64,000 nt of DNA from an uncultured Verrucomicrobiota bacterium. GTDB lineage: Bacteria; Verrucomicrobiota; Kiritimatiellia; CAIQIC01; Lenti-01. Below the pieces are notes generated by a model, which worked only from the letters and a program-made list of their open reading frames with translations, was not told where the DNA came from and ran no database searches. Position 1 is the first letter of the stretch; every line of letters begins with the position of its first letter. A program made the translations under genes and the position numbers. Of the stretch, positions 50,077 through 59,735 are shown one piece after another. The stretch is from assembly GCA_937872095.1 (NCBI GenBank), contig CALMNW010000070.1, positions 30,542 through 94,541 of the forward strand, written 5' to 3'.

Positions 50077-51968
50077 CCTTCGAAGCCATCCTGAAATATC
50101 CGGCGGTATTCCTCGCGGGGATGCTGGCTGTTTGGGCGCTGACGCCGTTGTGGCGGCGGCTCGCGCCGCGCTGGGGATTTCTGGACCGGCCCGGCCGGCG
50201 CAAGGTGCACCGCCAACCCGTTCCGCGCGGCGGGGGGCTCGCGGTGTTCGTCGGATTCCACGTCGCCTGCGCGGTTGTGTTCCTGTTCCCGTGGGAACCG
50301 TTTGCGGGCCAGTTGTCCATCGCGTGGTGGTTTCGTTTCCTGCCGGTGAGCGCCGGCGTGGTGCTGCTGGGCCTGCTGGACGACCGCTGGGATCTCAAGC
50401 CGATGGTGAAACTGGCGGGGCAGGTGGTCGTCGCGGCCGCCGCCTACGAGTCGGGCATCCGTCTCCAGAACATCCTGGGGTTTGCGTTTCCGGGCTGGGT
50501 GGATGCGCTCGCGACGATTTTCTGGTTCGTCGCGCTGATGAATGCGTTCAACCTGATCGACGGCGTGGACGGCTTGGCGGCGGGCATCGCGCTGATCGCG
50601 GCCACCGGCATCGGCTTGTCGCTGGTGTTCCGCGGCGCGCCGGGCGACGTGCTGCTGTTCCTGGGCCTGGCGGGCGCCTGCCTGGGATTCCTGCGCTACA
50701 ATTTCCATCCGGCGAGCGTGTTCCTGGGCGACGCCGGCAGCCTGTTCCTGGGGTTTGCGCTGGCGGCGCTCTCGATCTCGACGAATTCCAAGGGACCGTT
50801 CATGGCGGGTCTCGGCGTGCCGCTGCTGGCGGTGGGCGTGCCGTTGTTCGACGTGGTGCTGGCCGTGTGGCGCCGCGCCATGCGCCGGCTGCTGAACCGC
50901 GCGGACGGCCAAGGGCCGGCGCCCGGCTTGGACGAAGGGGACGCCGAACATTTGCACCACCGCCTCCTGCGGCAGGGACGAGGGCAGGGACAGGTGGCGG
51001 GGCTGCTCTACGTCGCGACCTTGGCGCTGGTGGCGGTGGGGTTGCTGGCCACCATATTCCACGATCGCGCTCTGGGCATCCTGGTGCTGGCGTTTCTGCT
51101 GGCGGCCTACACCGTCGTTCGCCATCTGGCGGGCATCGAGCTGCACGAAAGCGGCCGAGTGGTCCTGCAGGGACTGGCGCGACCGGTCCGGCGCAACCAG
51201 ACGCTTTTGTTCTACATCGTGGGCGATTTGTTCATTTTGAATATCGTGCTGCTGGCAGGACATGCGTTGCTGGACTTGCAAGACGGCGTGCTGGACGTGC
51301 CCCTGAAGACCGCCTGGTTGCAGTCCGCGCCCATGGACCTGTTCGTGCCGTTCGTGGTCCTGTTGCTGTTCCGGTCCTACTCGCGCGTCTGGTATCTGGC
51401 GCGGGTGTCGGAATACGCGGCGACGGGCTTGGCCGTGACGTTGGGCTACGCCATCGCCGCCGGGCTCCAGTTGCTCGTCGCGCGCAGCCGCGGGGAAGTG
51501 CTTTCGCTGGTGCTGTACTATCTCCTGCTGGCGGGGCTCGCGGCGCCCGCGGTGGTGATGACCCGCGCCGCCTTGCGCGTGGTGCAGGACCTGATGCAGT
51601 GGCGGACGCGCGGCTCCCGGCCCGACGGCGCCGCGCCCGCGCGCGCCCTCGTCTGCGGCGCCGGCTACCGCACCACGCTGTTCCTCCGGCAGATTCCTTT
51701 CCGCGTCGCCGATCGCGCCCCCGTCGACGTCGTCGGCTTGGTCAGCGCGGATGCCGCCATCACGGGACACGCCGTGCACGGCATTCGCGTCGTGGGCACC
51801 TATCGCGATTTGCCGGCGCTGGTGGTGCAGCACCGGATCGACGTCCTCTATCTCGTCGAAGCCGTGGACGACGCGGAAGTCGCCGGATTTTGCCGGATGC
51901 TGAAGGGGCTGCCCGTGCGGCTGGTCCGCTGGGACATCGTCGAAACGGACGTTCCGCTGCATGCGTAG
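50073..51968 (+). CDS. Initiating polyprenyl-phosphate sugar-1-phosphate transferase of the MraY/WecA (GT4 polytopic) family, fused to extra TM helices and a C-terminal Rossmann/CoA-binding-like domain
   Basis: It has the MraY/WecA motifs (LLDDRWDLKP, NAFNLIDGVDGLA, HPASVFLGDAGS). The C-terminal segment (ALVCGAGYRT...) resembles the WbaP/PglF-type N-domain. Confidence 0.85.
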   Translation: MTFEAILKYPAVFLAGMLAVWALTPLWRRLAPRWGFLDRPGRRKVHRQPVPRGGGLAVFVGFHVACAVVFLFPWEPFAGQLSIAWWFRFLPVSAGVVLLGLLDDRWDLKPMVKLAGQVVVAAAAYESGIRLQNILGFAFPGWVDALATIFWFVALMNAFNLIDGVDGLAAGIALIAATGIGLSLVFRGAPGDVLLFLGLAGACLGFLRYNFHPASVFLGDAGSLFLGFALAALSISTNSKGPFMAGLGVPLLAVGVPLFDVVLAVWRRAMRRLLNRADGQGPAPGLDEGDAEHLHHRLLRQGRGQGQVAGLLYVATLALVAVGLLATIFHDRALGILVLAFLLAAYTVVRHLAGIELHESGRVVLQGLARPVRRNQTLLFYIVGDLFILNIVLLAGHALLDLQDGVLDVPLKTAWLQSAPMDLFVPFVVLLLFRSYSRVWYLARVSEYAATGLAVTLGYAIAAGLQLLVARSRGEVLSLVLYYLLLAGLAAPAVVMTRAALRVVQDLMQWRTRGSRPDGAAPARALVCGAGYRTTLFLRQIPFRVADRAPVDVVGLVSADAAITGHAVHGIRVVGTYRDLPALVVQHRIDVLYLVEAVDDAEVAGFCRMLKGLPVRLVRWDIVETDVPLHA

Positions 51969-53103
51969 GCTGCTGGTCAACGCGCTGTCGGTCGCCAATC
52001 CGAGCGGATTGCACGTGTTGCTGGGGCATCTGGATCAGGTGGCGGACGCGTTGCGGGATCGCGTTCGCCTCGTGGTGCTGTGCCGCGCGGACGCGGCCGG
52101 CCTGCGCGCGGGGCTGGGGGAGCGCGCCGATTGGGAGTTCGCGCCCGCGTTCACGCGCGGCTGGTTCCGGCGCGCGTGCTGGGAGCGCGCGCATCTCGCG
52201 CGGCTCGCGCGGCGGCACGAAGCCTGCGCGGTTTTCACGCCCAGCGGCATCGCCGCGCACGGCCTCGACGTTCCCCAGATCGTGTTTTGCCAGAATCCGT
52301 GGGCGCTGGTGCCGGCCGCCCGCCGCCGCCGCGACGCGTTCAAGGCGGGATTGCAGCGCCGGGCCTATCGCCGCGCCATGCGCGCGGCCGACGTCCTGGT
52401 CTTCAATTCCCGCTACATGCAGGCGGCCTATCGCGCCAACGCCGGCTGCGAAGAAAAACGCGGGCTCGTGGTTTACCAGGCCGCGGACGACGCCACCCGC
52501 GCCCGGGCGGCCGCGGCGGCGGACGTCCCGCGCCAGGCCGGCCAGATCCTCTGCGTTTCCGTGATGGCGCCGCACAAGAACGCCGAAGCGCTCGTGCGCG
52601 CCTTGCGCGTCGTCCGGGACGGGAATCCGGCGGCGCGCCTCGTTTTCGCCGGTTCGTGGCCCGACGCCGCCTACGAACGGAAGATCCGCGCGCTCGTCGG
52701 CTCGCTGGGCCTGGGCGGGGCCGTCGAATTCCTCGGATTCGTTACGCGCGAACGGCTGGACCGCCTGTACGCCGAGTCGCGCGTCTTTTGCCTGATGAGC
52801 CGGTGCGAATCCTTCGGCATTCCCGCCGTCGAGGCGCAGGGGTTCGGGACGCCCGTCGTCGGTTCCACGGTCTGCGCCGTTCCCGAAATCGGCGGCGCCG
52901 GCGGCTTGTTCCGCGATCCGGACGACGTTTCCGGCATCGCCGCCGCCCTGCGGACGTTGCTGGAAGACGACGCGGAATGGCGGCGGCTTTCGGCTGCCGC
53001 GCGGGCGAACGCCGCGCGGTTTACCTGGGCCGAATGTTCCCGGCCCTTGGTCGATCTCGTCGCCGAACTGGCGGGATCCGGAACCGGCGGCATCCGCGCA
53101 TGA
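51961..53103 (+). CDS. GT4-family glycosyltransferase
   Basis: It has an MSRCESFGIPAVEAQGFGTPVV motif. Confidence 0.8.
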   Translation: MRRLLVNALSVANPSGLHVLLGHLDQVADALRDRVRLVVLCRADAAGLRAGLGERADWEFAPAFTRGWFRRACWERAHLARLARRHEACAVFTPSGIAAHGLDVPQIVFCQNPWALVPAARRRRDAFKAGLQRRAYRRAMRAADVLVFNSRYMQAAYRANAGCEEKRGLVVYQAADDATRARAAAAADVPRQAGQILCVSVMAPHKNAEALVRALRVVRDGNPAARLVFAGSWPDAAYERKIRALVGSLGLGGAVEFLGFVTRERLDRLYAESRVFCLMSRCESFGIPAVEAQGFGTPVVGSTVCAVPEIGGAGGLFRDPDDVSGIAAALRTLLEDDAEWRRLSAAARANAARFTWAECSRPLVDLVAELAGSGTGGIRA

Positions 53104-54071
53104 ACGTCGCGCCGGCGAGCCTGAAGATGAAATTGGCGTTGTCGGCCGGCGCGTTTCTCGTAGCGGGCGGGCTGCTGGAATTGGCCTGCCAGGCGACGTA
53201 CGCCTTCGGCGTAGCGCCCCAATTGGCCGCGCAGCGGAACGATCCCGCGCATTACTACGAGGCGTCCGACGATTCCGTGTTGGCGTATCGCCTCAAGGCC
53301 GATTGCCGGATCGAGAAGGACGGCCGCGTCGTTTGCATCAATCGCCATGGTTTGCGCGACGATCGCGACGACTTGGCCGCGCCGGCCAGCGTGGCGTTGC
53401 TGGGCGACTCCGTGCCGTTCGGCATCGCGCTGTCGCAGGACGAAACGCCGGCGGCCGCCCTGCAGCGGCTGGCCGGCGCCGAAACGCGCGTCCTGAATTT
53501 CGGCGTCCCCGGCTACGGAGTCCAGGAATTGCGGCGCGAATTGGAGCGGATCTTTTCCCTGTGCCGCCCCAGCCGCATCTATTACGTTCTCAACCCCAAC
53601 GATTTTTCCGTGCGCGGCACCTTCACGGAGGGCGGCGACAACGGGTTGTATCGCATGTACGTCCCGCCGGCGCTGAAGACGCCTTTTTTCGTGCGCAAGG
53701 CGATCTACCGTTTTATGAAGGGGGGAAGGATGTCGTCCGTGCGGTGGTACCGCTGGCTGTACGAAAGCAACAAGACGCAATTGCTGCCGGTCATTGCGGA
53801 GATGGCGGAATTCGCCCGTGCCCGGGGCAGCGAACTGGTCGTGGTGCCGTTTCCGCCGGCCGTGGCCTATGCGGCGGACGGCCGGTTCGCCCTGCAGGAC
53901 GTTTTCGACGAAATCGGCGATTATCTGCGGGCCAACCGCATCCCCGCGCTGGCGCCCGTCGCCGAATTCGGCCAAAACGTCTACGCGCTGCAGGACGACA
54001 CCGACCACTTGACCGCCGCCGGCAGCGAAGTCCTGGCACGCGCGATCTGGCGGGATTTCACAAAGGAATGA
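53100..54071 (+). CDS. SGNH/GDSL-like hydrolase (candidate polysaccharide O-acetyl esterase/acyltransferase)
   Basis: It has an N-terminal TM helix and block I (LLGDSVPFG). It overlaps its neighbour as ATGA. Confidence 0.6.
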   Translation: MNVAPASLKMKLALSAGAFLVAGGLLELACQATYAFGVAPQLAAQRNDPAHYYEASDDSVLAYRLKADCRIEKDGRVVCINRHGLRDDRDDLAAPASVALLGDSVPFGIALSQDETPAAALQRLAGAETRVLNFGVPGYGVQELRRELERIFSLCRPSRIYYVLNPNDFSVRGTFTEGGDNGLYRMYVPPALKTPFFVRKAIYRFMKGGRMSSVRWYRWLYESNKTQLLPVIAEMAEFARARGSELVVVPFPPAVAYAADGRFALQDVFDEIGDYLRANRIPALAPVAEFGQNVYALQDDTDHLTAAGSEVLARAIWRDFTKE

Positions 54072-55648
54072 ACGGGAACGCAGCGATGGCGGAACGCGAA
54101 CAGACCGGCCGGGCATGGACCTGGGGCATGATCGTCCTGGCGGGAGGGGTACCGTTCGCGGCGGACATGTTGCGCAATTTCCAGCTGTTCGCCCCCGCGC
54201 AGCTGGCCTGGTCGTTCGCGGCGGTACTGGCCGGCACGACCGGCGCGTTCAGCCTGTGCGCGCTGGCTCTCGCGGCGCTTGGGCGGCGTTGGCCGGCGAT
54301 CCGCGCGCGCTGGGCCGCGCGGACGTTCGCGGGCGTCGCCGCGCTGGTTTTCGCCGCGTTCCTGTACGACGCGAACCTGACGGAATTGCGGATCGGCTAC
54401 GGTTTGCCCCGGCTGGCGGCGGTCGCCGCCGTGGCGGCGCTTTTCGTTCTCTACTGGGCCGTGGCGGCGCGGCTGGGCGCCAAACGAACCAGCCTGCTGC
54501 TGCTGATCCTGCTGGCCGTCCGCGCCGATCAGGCCGCTCGGACCGTCGCATCCACGGCGACCCGCGGCAACGAGCTGATTTCGGCGGCGGAAATGGGAAT
54601 CTACGATCAAGTGAAACTGGCGCGCACGCCGAACATCTACTTCATCTGCCTGGAGTCCTACCACGGTTTCGGCGCGATGCGGGAGCTGTACGGATTCGAC
54701 AACGCGGAGTTCCGGGAATTTCTCGGCGAAAACGGATTCGTCGTCGCGGAAGACGTGCTGTCGAACTATTCGTTCACCATGACCAGCCTGCACTCCATCC
54801 TGCTGATGGGACACCACTACGCGGCGGGCGCGTTCGGCAACCACGATTCCCTCTATGCCCGCGGCTTCATTTCGGGCAGCGGGACCTACTACAATCCGAC
54901 GCTTCGCATTCTGAAGCGGAACGGCTACGACGTCGTTTACCTGCTGCCTTCGGACTACTACTACCGGCCCGGCGCGGGCTTGGTGGATTACTCCTTGCTG
55001 AACCGGTCCTGGCCGTTCGCGCCGCTGAAGGTCAGCCTGCCGCGGTTCATCGGCCGCGAGCCGGACACCTTGGTGCCGGATTACCCGCGCCAGGTGGCGG
55101 AAACCCTCGCGCGCTGGCCGCTGGACCGCCCGGCGTTCTTTTTCGCCAAGCTGGGGGCGGAGCATGCGGCGGACGGCTACGACTATCGGACCGACCGGGA
55201 GGCGTTCGCCGCGCGCTACGTCGAAACCGTCGCGCGGGAAAACGCCGCGATCGAGGTGCTGGTGCGGCAGATCGCCGCGCGCGATCCGCAGGGCATCGTC
55301 GTGCTGGCCGGCGACCACGGCGCCCAAAGCTACAAGTGCCGCGCGCGCGGTTTCGCGGCGACGAAGCAAGCCGGCGAAGTGCCCGTTGGCCGGCTCGTGC
55401 GGGATTGCCACGACGTCTTGCTGGCCATCCGCTGGGGCGCCGGCCAGGAAGCGGCGCCGTATCCCTACCGGAGCCTGGTCAACCTCATGCGGTTCGTGTT
55501 CGCGCAACTGGGCGGGGGCGGGGCCTTGGAGCAAACGGCGGCCGCCGATTCCTCCTATCTGCTGGACGACGTCGGCCTGCTGCGCGTGGCCGAGGACGGG
55601 CAACCGTTGGCGGATTGGACCCTCGTGCCGCGGAAGGGGTGGCGGTAG
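54068..55648 (+). CDS. Membrane-anchored alkaline-phosphatase/sulfatase-superfamily protein (LTA-synthase/phosphoethanolamine- or phosphoglycerol-transferase-like)
   Basis: About 5 N-terminal TM helices precede a domain with the motifs NIYFICLESYHGF and VVLAGDHG. Confidence 0.65.
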   Translation: MNGNAAMAEREQTGRAWTWGMIVLAGGVPFAADMLRNFQLFAPAQLAWSFAAVLAGTTGAFSLCALALAALGRRWPAIRARWAARTFAGVAALVFAAFLYDANLTELRIGYGLPRLAAVAAVAALFVLYWAVAARLGAKRTSLLLLILLAVRADQAARTVASTATRGNELISAAEMGIYDQVKLARTPNIYFICLESYHGFGAMRELYGFDNAEFREFLGENGFVVAEDVLSNYSFTMTSLHSILLMGHHYAAGAFGNHDSLYARGFISGSGTYYNPTLRILKRNGYDVVYLLPSDYYYRPGAGLVDYSLLNRSWPFAPLKVSLPRFIGREPDTLVPDYPRQVAETLARWPLDRPAFFFAKLGAEHAADGYDYRTDREAFAARYVETVARENAAIEVLVRQIAARDPQGIVVLAGDHGAQSYKCRARGFAATKQAGEVPVGRLVRDCHDVLLAIRWGAGQEAAPYPYRSLVNLMRFVFAQLGGGGALEQTAAADSSYLLDDVGLLRVAEDGQPLADWTLVPRKGWR

Positions 55649-55654
55649 CCGTCG

Positions 55655-56746
55655 TCACGAACCGCCCAGCGCGCCGCGCGCCGGACGAAGCAGCCAGTAG
55701 AGTCCGCGCAGCGCGGGCGGCAGGGACAGCCGCCGGAAATCGCCGTCGCCCGGCGTGAACGTCCGGCGGAGACGGTAGGCCAGGATTTCGCTCCGCGTCA
55801 TGAACCGTTCGTGGAAGCGCCGCAGCTCGCGGCCGTCCATGCCGCGCGCCTGGCCGGCGAGCCGTGCGACGGCATGGGCGACGACGTCGGGATACATCCG
55901 GCCGACCGGCCCGAGCCCGGGACCGAAGATCGCGTCGGCGACGGCGCAACCGGCGGTCAGCGCCCGTTCGGCGAAAGGGCACGAGCGCGCCAGGGCCAGC
56001 GCCTGCGGAAAAACGTCCGGATGCCGCGCCAGCAAGCCGGCGACGTCCGCGATCCACGCCGCGCGGGCCCAGCCGTGCCAGATGGCGTGTTCGCAGCTCA
56101 ATAGCAGGTGCAGCGCGGGCGCGGGCGCGCGCACCGCGGCGGCATCCAGCGGTTGGGGCGCGAAGCCGTCCGTTCCCGAAACGCGGATCCGGCGCGGCCA
56201 GGGATAGTGCGGCGGAAAGAACCGGTGGTTGACTTCGACGAGAAACCCTTCCGGATGCCGGAACGCGATGCCCCAGCCATAGTGCCACAAGTGTTCCAGG
56301 CGCCGGGGATCGTCCGTGGCCGGGACGTAGCCGGCCGCCTGCAGGCCGGCCAGCAGGTGCGGAAAACCCGGCTTGGCGCAAAGAAAGTCGAGATCGTCGT
56401 AGCTGCGCAAGCCGGATTGGGGCCAGGCTTGCGCGGCCAAGGCCGGGCCCTTGACCAGCGCCAGCGACGGCAGGCGGGGGGCCAGCAAGGCGAACAGCCG
56501 TTCCGCTTCGCGGGTGAACCGCGCCGCATGTTGCGCCTGGCCGTAGGCCGCCGTTTTCAGCGCCTCGTCCGCGGCGGGGGCGGCCGTCGCCATCAGGCCG
56601 GTCAACCGGTGCCGCCGGGCCCAGGCGAACAGCCGCGCGGGAGATTCCGGCGCCGGAACGGTTTCGCCGGCAGGCGGCAGGCCGTGCCGCGCGCGGAAAG
56701 CCTGCCGGGCCATGGGAAGAAACGCGTCCATGCCCGGATTCGACAC
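55655..56746 (-). CDS. Uncharacterised nucleotidyltransferase (NTP_transf_5-like)
   Basis: The 363-aa product contains an SYDDLDFL motif. The start is uncertain: GTG at 56746, or ATG at 56731 or 56713. It is convergent with the EPS operon. Confidence 0.55.
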   Translation of the reverse strand: MSNPGMDAFLPMARQAFRARHGLPPAGETVPAPESPARLFAWARRHRLTGLMATAAPAADEALKTAAYGQAQHAARFTREAERLFALLAPRLPSLALVKGPALAAQAWPQSGLRSYDDLDFLCAKPGFPHLLAGLQAAGYVPATDDPRRLEHLWHYGWGIAFRHPEGFLVEVNHRFFPPHYPWPRRIRVSGTDGFAPQPLDAAAVRAPAPALHLLLSCEHAIWHGWARAAWIADVAGLLARHPDVFPQALALARSCPFAERALTAGCAVADAIFGPGLGPVGRMYPDVVAHAVARLAGQARGMDGRELRRFHERFMTRSEILAYRLRRTFTPGDGDFRRLSLPPALRGLYWLLRPARGALGGS

Positions 56747-56856
56747 TTCCCGCCGTTTGCCGTCAACCGCAAAGGGTGGGGAGGGTTATGCTTGGCGCGG
56801 AGGGGGCGGGAGGCTAGAGTCTGCGCCTGATTGAAATCGCCGGTCGTGGCGTTCCG

Positions 56857-56933
56857 GCGTCCGTAGCTCAATTGGACAGAGCTTCTGACTTCGGATCAGA
56901 AGGTTGCAGGTTCGAGTCCTGCCGGACGCGCCA
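56857..56933 (+). tRNA. tRNA-Arg: tRNA-Arg (anticodon UCG)
   Basis: A 77-nt cloverleaf: acceptor GCGTCCG/CGGACGC, D-stem GCTC/GAGC, anticodon stem TCTGA/TCAGA with loop CTTCGGA, T-arm GCAGG-TTCGAGT-CCTGC, discriminator G and an encoded CCA. Confidence 0.85.
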
Positions 56934-57088
56934 CTTTTGCGACGAGTTTCGCATTTCATCGGCTTCTGGTTATCTCTTGATCGCCGGATTTGTCCGAACT
57001 TGCGGAATGCATTTTCAGGCCGAATCACTTCCGGACTTGCGTTTCCGGGGGAAAGTGAATTACATGCCTCCAACACGCAGGAGAAAGC

Positions 57089-58393
57089 ATGGTAAAACCA
57101 GTGAGTCGGCGAATGGAAAGCGGATGGCCCCGGAACGTTTCTTTTGGTCGGACGGGCCTGACGTGGAGAGCATGGGGGCTTCTCTGGTTGGTTCTGCCCA
57201 TGGCCGCTCAGGCCTATCCGGCCGATCCCTACGAGCCGGACAATACGGCCATGTCGGCCAAGATCGTCTGCAACCGGCAGGTCCAAAATCACAACATCCA
57301 CCTGATCGGCGACGTGGACTGGGTCAAGTTCAAGGTGGGGGGCTTCGGGGCGAAGAACGTGCGGGTGCTGACCTCGGGCGCAGCCGGAAACACGCAGATC
57401 TGGCTGTTTGGCCCGAATAGCGCCACGAAATGCATTGCATACGACGACGACAGCGGCATCGGGAACTTCTCGGCGATCGACGTGGGGCCGTTGGCCCCCG
57501 GGCTCTATTACCTCAAAATCAAGGAATATGGCAACAATGCGGGGATTCCGGGCTACACGCTACAAGTCAGTTGGACGACGGCCGCGGGGGGCGCCTTGGA
57601 TGCCTACGAATACGACGACGTGCCGCTCTGGGCCAACGCCATCGCCAACGGGCAGACGCAAAACCGGACCATGGAAGCTGGCAACACGGATTGGTTGAGA
57701 TTCAACGTGACCGGCGCGGGAGGACGCAATTTGCGGCTGGAGACGGCCGGGGCAACCGCCGCGGCCACCGGCGACACGCAGGTGTGGCTGTATGGGCCCA
57801 ACACCGCCAGCTCGCTGATTGCCGCCGACGACGATTCCGGAGCCGGCAAGTTTTCGTTGATCCAAGTAGCCTCGTTGAGGCCGGGGACCTACTATGCCAA
57901 AATCCGGGAGTATGGAAACGACGCGGCGATTCCCGCCTATCGGGTGCGGGCCGGTTGGACGACGGCCGACAGCAACGGCGCGTGGCCCGCGGAAATCACG
58001 GGACCCATTACCTGGTTGCACACGGATGTGTCGAGCTGGCCGGTGACCGCGAGCCTGACCGCGAGCGTCGGCGGGGGCTGGATCAATTTTCCGTACAGCA
58101 AAGCCCGCGTGTGGCCGGCGGTGAACGGCGTGAATGCGAACCCGTGGGTGATCGTCAAGTGGACGGATGGCCGTTGGTACGCGGCGACCTTCGAGTGGCT
58201 CCGGTTTGGGCAGGCGTCGAAACCCGTCGGCGTGCTGGACGGCAGCATGGGCGACCACATCAAGAAGCCGCCCCTTTCCAACTGGCGTCCACACAGCGGC
58301 GAGCGGTTCGGCATCATGGTGAGCGGTTTGGCACGCGACGGGAATCGCAACGTGCTCGAGCGCAGCAACGTCGTTATGGTCACGTGGCCGTAG
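57089..58393 (+). CDS. Secreted protein with two tandem PPC (bacterial pre-peptidase C-terminal) domains and a C-terminal domain of unknown function
   Basis: It has a signal peptide. The two PPC-like modules read DPYEPDNT...GDVDWVKFKV...TQIWLFGPNS...YDDDSG...YYLKIKEYG and DAYEYDD...TDWLRFNV...TQVWLYGPNT...DDDSG...YYAKIREYG. The SD is GCAGGAGAAAG. Confidence 0.75.
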   Translation: MVKPVSRRMESGWPRNVSFGRTGLTWRAWGLLWLVLPMAAQAYPADPYEPDNTAMSAKIVCNRQVQNHNIHLIGDVDWVKFKVGGFGAKNVRVLTSGAAGNTQIWLFGPNSATKCIAYDDDSGIGNFSAIDVGPLAPGLYYLKIKEYGNNAGIPGYTLQVSWTTAAGGALDAYEYDDVPLWANAIANGQTQNRTMEAGNTDWLRFNVTGAGGRNLRLETAGATAAATGDTQVWLYGPNTASSLIAADDDSGAGKFSLIQVASLRPGTYYAKIREYGNDAAIPAYRVRAGWTTADSNGAWPAEITGPITWLHTDVSSWPVTASLTASVGGGWINFPYSKARVWPAVNGVNANPWVIVKWTDGRWYAATFEWLRFGQASKPVGVLDGSMGDHIKKPPLSNWRPHSGERFGIMVSGLARDGNRNVLERSNVVMVTWP

Positions 58394-58457
58394 CGCCCAA
58401 GCCCCAAGCCCCGATCCTGTGTCCTCGTTCCATGGTGACTGCCATGTGGCCGGAAAC

Positions 58458-59735
58458 ATGAGGCCAAAACCTTGTCCCGCGGTTGTCGGCCGCCTGCGCT
58501 GGCGAGCATGGGCAATCTGGGCTTGTGCGGCCGGTCTCGCCGCCTGCGGCAAAAACAGCGAAACCGCGAAGCCGGCCGGAACGTCGTTGACGGCCCTCCC
58601 GTCCACGGAACGTTCTGCCATGGCCTTGGTCCCACCGGATGACGAGGTGAGGAACCCGGACAAACCCTTTGACGGCCTGCCGCCATCCGAGGCGGGATTC
58701 GACGCAGCGGATGGGCCGATGGATGACCGGGATGTTCCCGAGGAGGGCAGGGAAGCGGGGGGCGCGGCGGACGACGAGCCTGGGCCCGTCCTTGGGCCGG
58801 AGTCGCCCTTGGCGCCCGCCGATTTTCTGCCTGCGGTGCGGCAGGCCATGGCGGTCAACGCGGATCCCGTCGAGATCCGACTGATTCTCGAACGCGTCCC
58901 GGCCGATCCGGCACTGCTGGAGGAACTCGCGGCTCTGATGAACGATCCCTCGGCGGCCCGCGCCCTGCAGGGATACGCCGCCGAGGCGTTGGTGCGTGCG
59001 GGTACCCCCGATTCGATTCAGCACGTGCTGGACGAGTTGTTGGCCGCGGGTCTTGCGGGCGACGCGGACCGGACCATGCTGGGGATGGCCGCGCTGGAGG
59101 CGCCGACGACAACCGACGGCCTGCGGGCGTTGTTCGATCTGGTGCTGGGCCGGGGTGGTTACGCGGGTCTCCAAGGGGAACTGCCTCCCGAAGTGCTGAT
59201 CGCCGCTCGCAAGGCTTTGCTGTCGCATCCCGACCGGGAAATGGTCGGCAACATGGCGGTCGAGTTGTATCTCGACCGCAACGCGATGGCGGATGAGACA
59301 GCCATGTGGGAATTGTTCGACGGAGTGTCCCATCCTGTCATGTTGTCCAAACTCGCTGCGCGCGCCTACGCGGCAGACTTGCCCGACAATGCCGCGCAAT
59401 TCATGGCGCGCCTCGACGAATCCGACGAACCCGGCGTCGTCGAGGCCGTCGTGCGGATGACGGCCAGCCCGTCGGTTCCCGTGGTCGAGGCCGCCGAGAC
59501 CCTATACGAATGGAGTCGGCAACATCCCGACGATGCTCAGCCGGGTCTCTTCATGGAATATCTATCCGACTCGACTTTGCCGCCAGATCAGCGCAGCGTC
59601 GCCGCCTTTGGCTTGGCGGGAACCATGGATCCCGAGCATGCGCGGGAAATGCTGCAGAAAGCGTTGGAGAATGAGGCGGATCCAACCGTCCGTTCCGATC
59701 TGCAGACCGCGCTGGACCTTTTGGCCACGCACTGA
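58458..59735 (+). CDS. Lipoprotein with a Pro/Glu/Asp-rich linker and an alpha-helical (HEAT-like) repeat region; hypothetical
   Basis: It has a lipobox (AAGLAACG). The ORF track starts at a GTG at 58419; the ATG at 58458 is preferred because of the signal peptide. Confidence 0.55.
   Translation: MRPKPCPAVVGRLRWRAWAIWACAAGLAACGKNSETAKPAGTSLTALPSTERSAMALVPPDDEVRNPDKPFDGLPPSEAGFDAADGPMDDRDVPEEGREAGGAADDEPGPVLGPESPLAPADFLPAVRQAMAVNADPVEIRLILERVPADPALLEELAALMNDPSAARALQGYAAEALVRAGTPDSIQHVLDELLAAGLAGDADRTMLGMAALEAPTTTDGLRALFDLVLGRGGYAGLQGELPPEVLIAARKALLSHPDREMVGNMAVELYLDRNAMADETAMWELFDGVSHPVMLSKLAARAYAADLPDNAAQFMARLDESDEPGVVEAVVRMTASPSVPVVEAAETLYEWSRQHPDDAQPGLFMEYLSDSTLPPDQRSVAAFGLAGTMDPEHAREMLQKALENEADPTVRSDLQTALDLLATH

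Noticed and set aside
56904-57095. 63-aa ORF overlapping tRNA-Arg
   Set aside because: It overlaps a well-formed tRNA gene and its leader, and has no SD.
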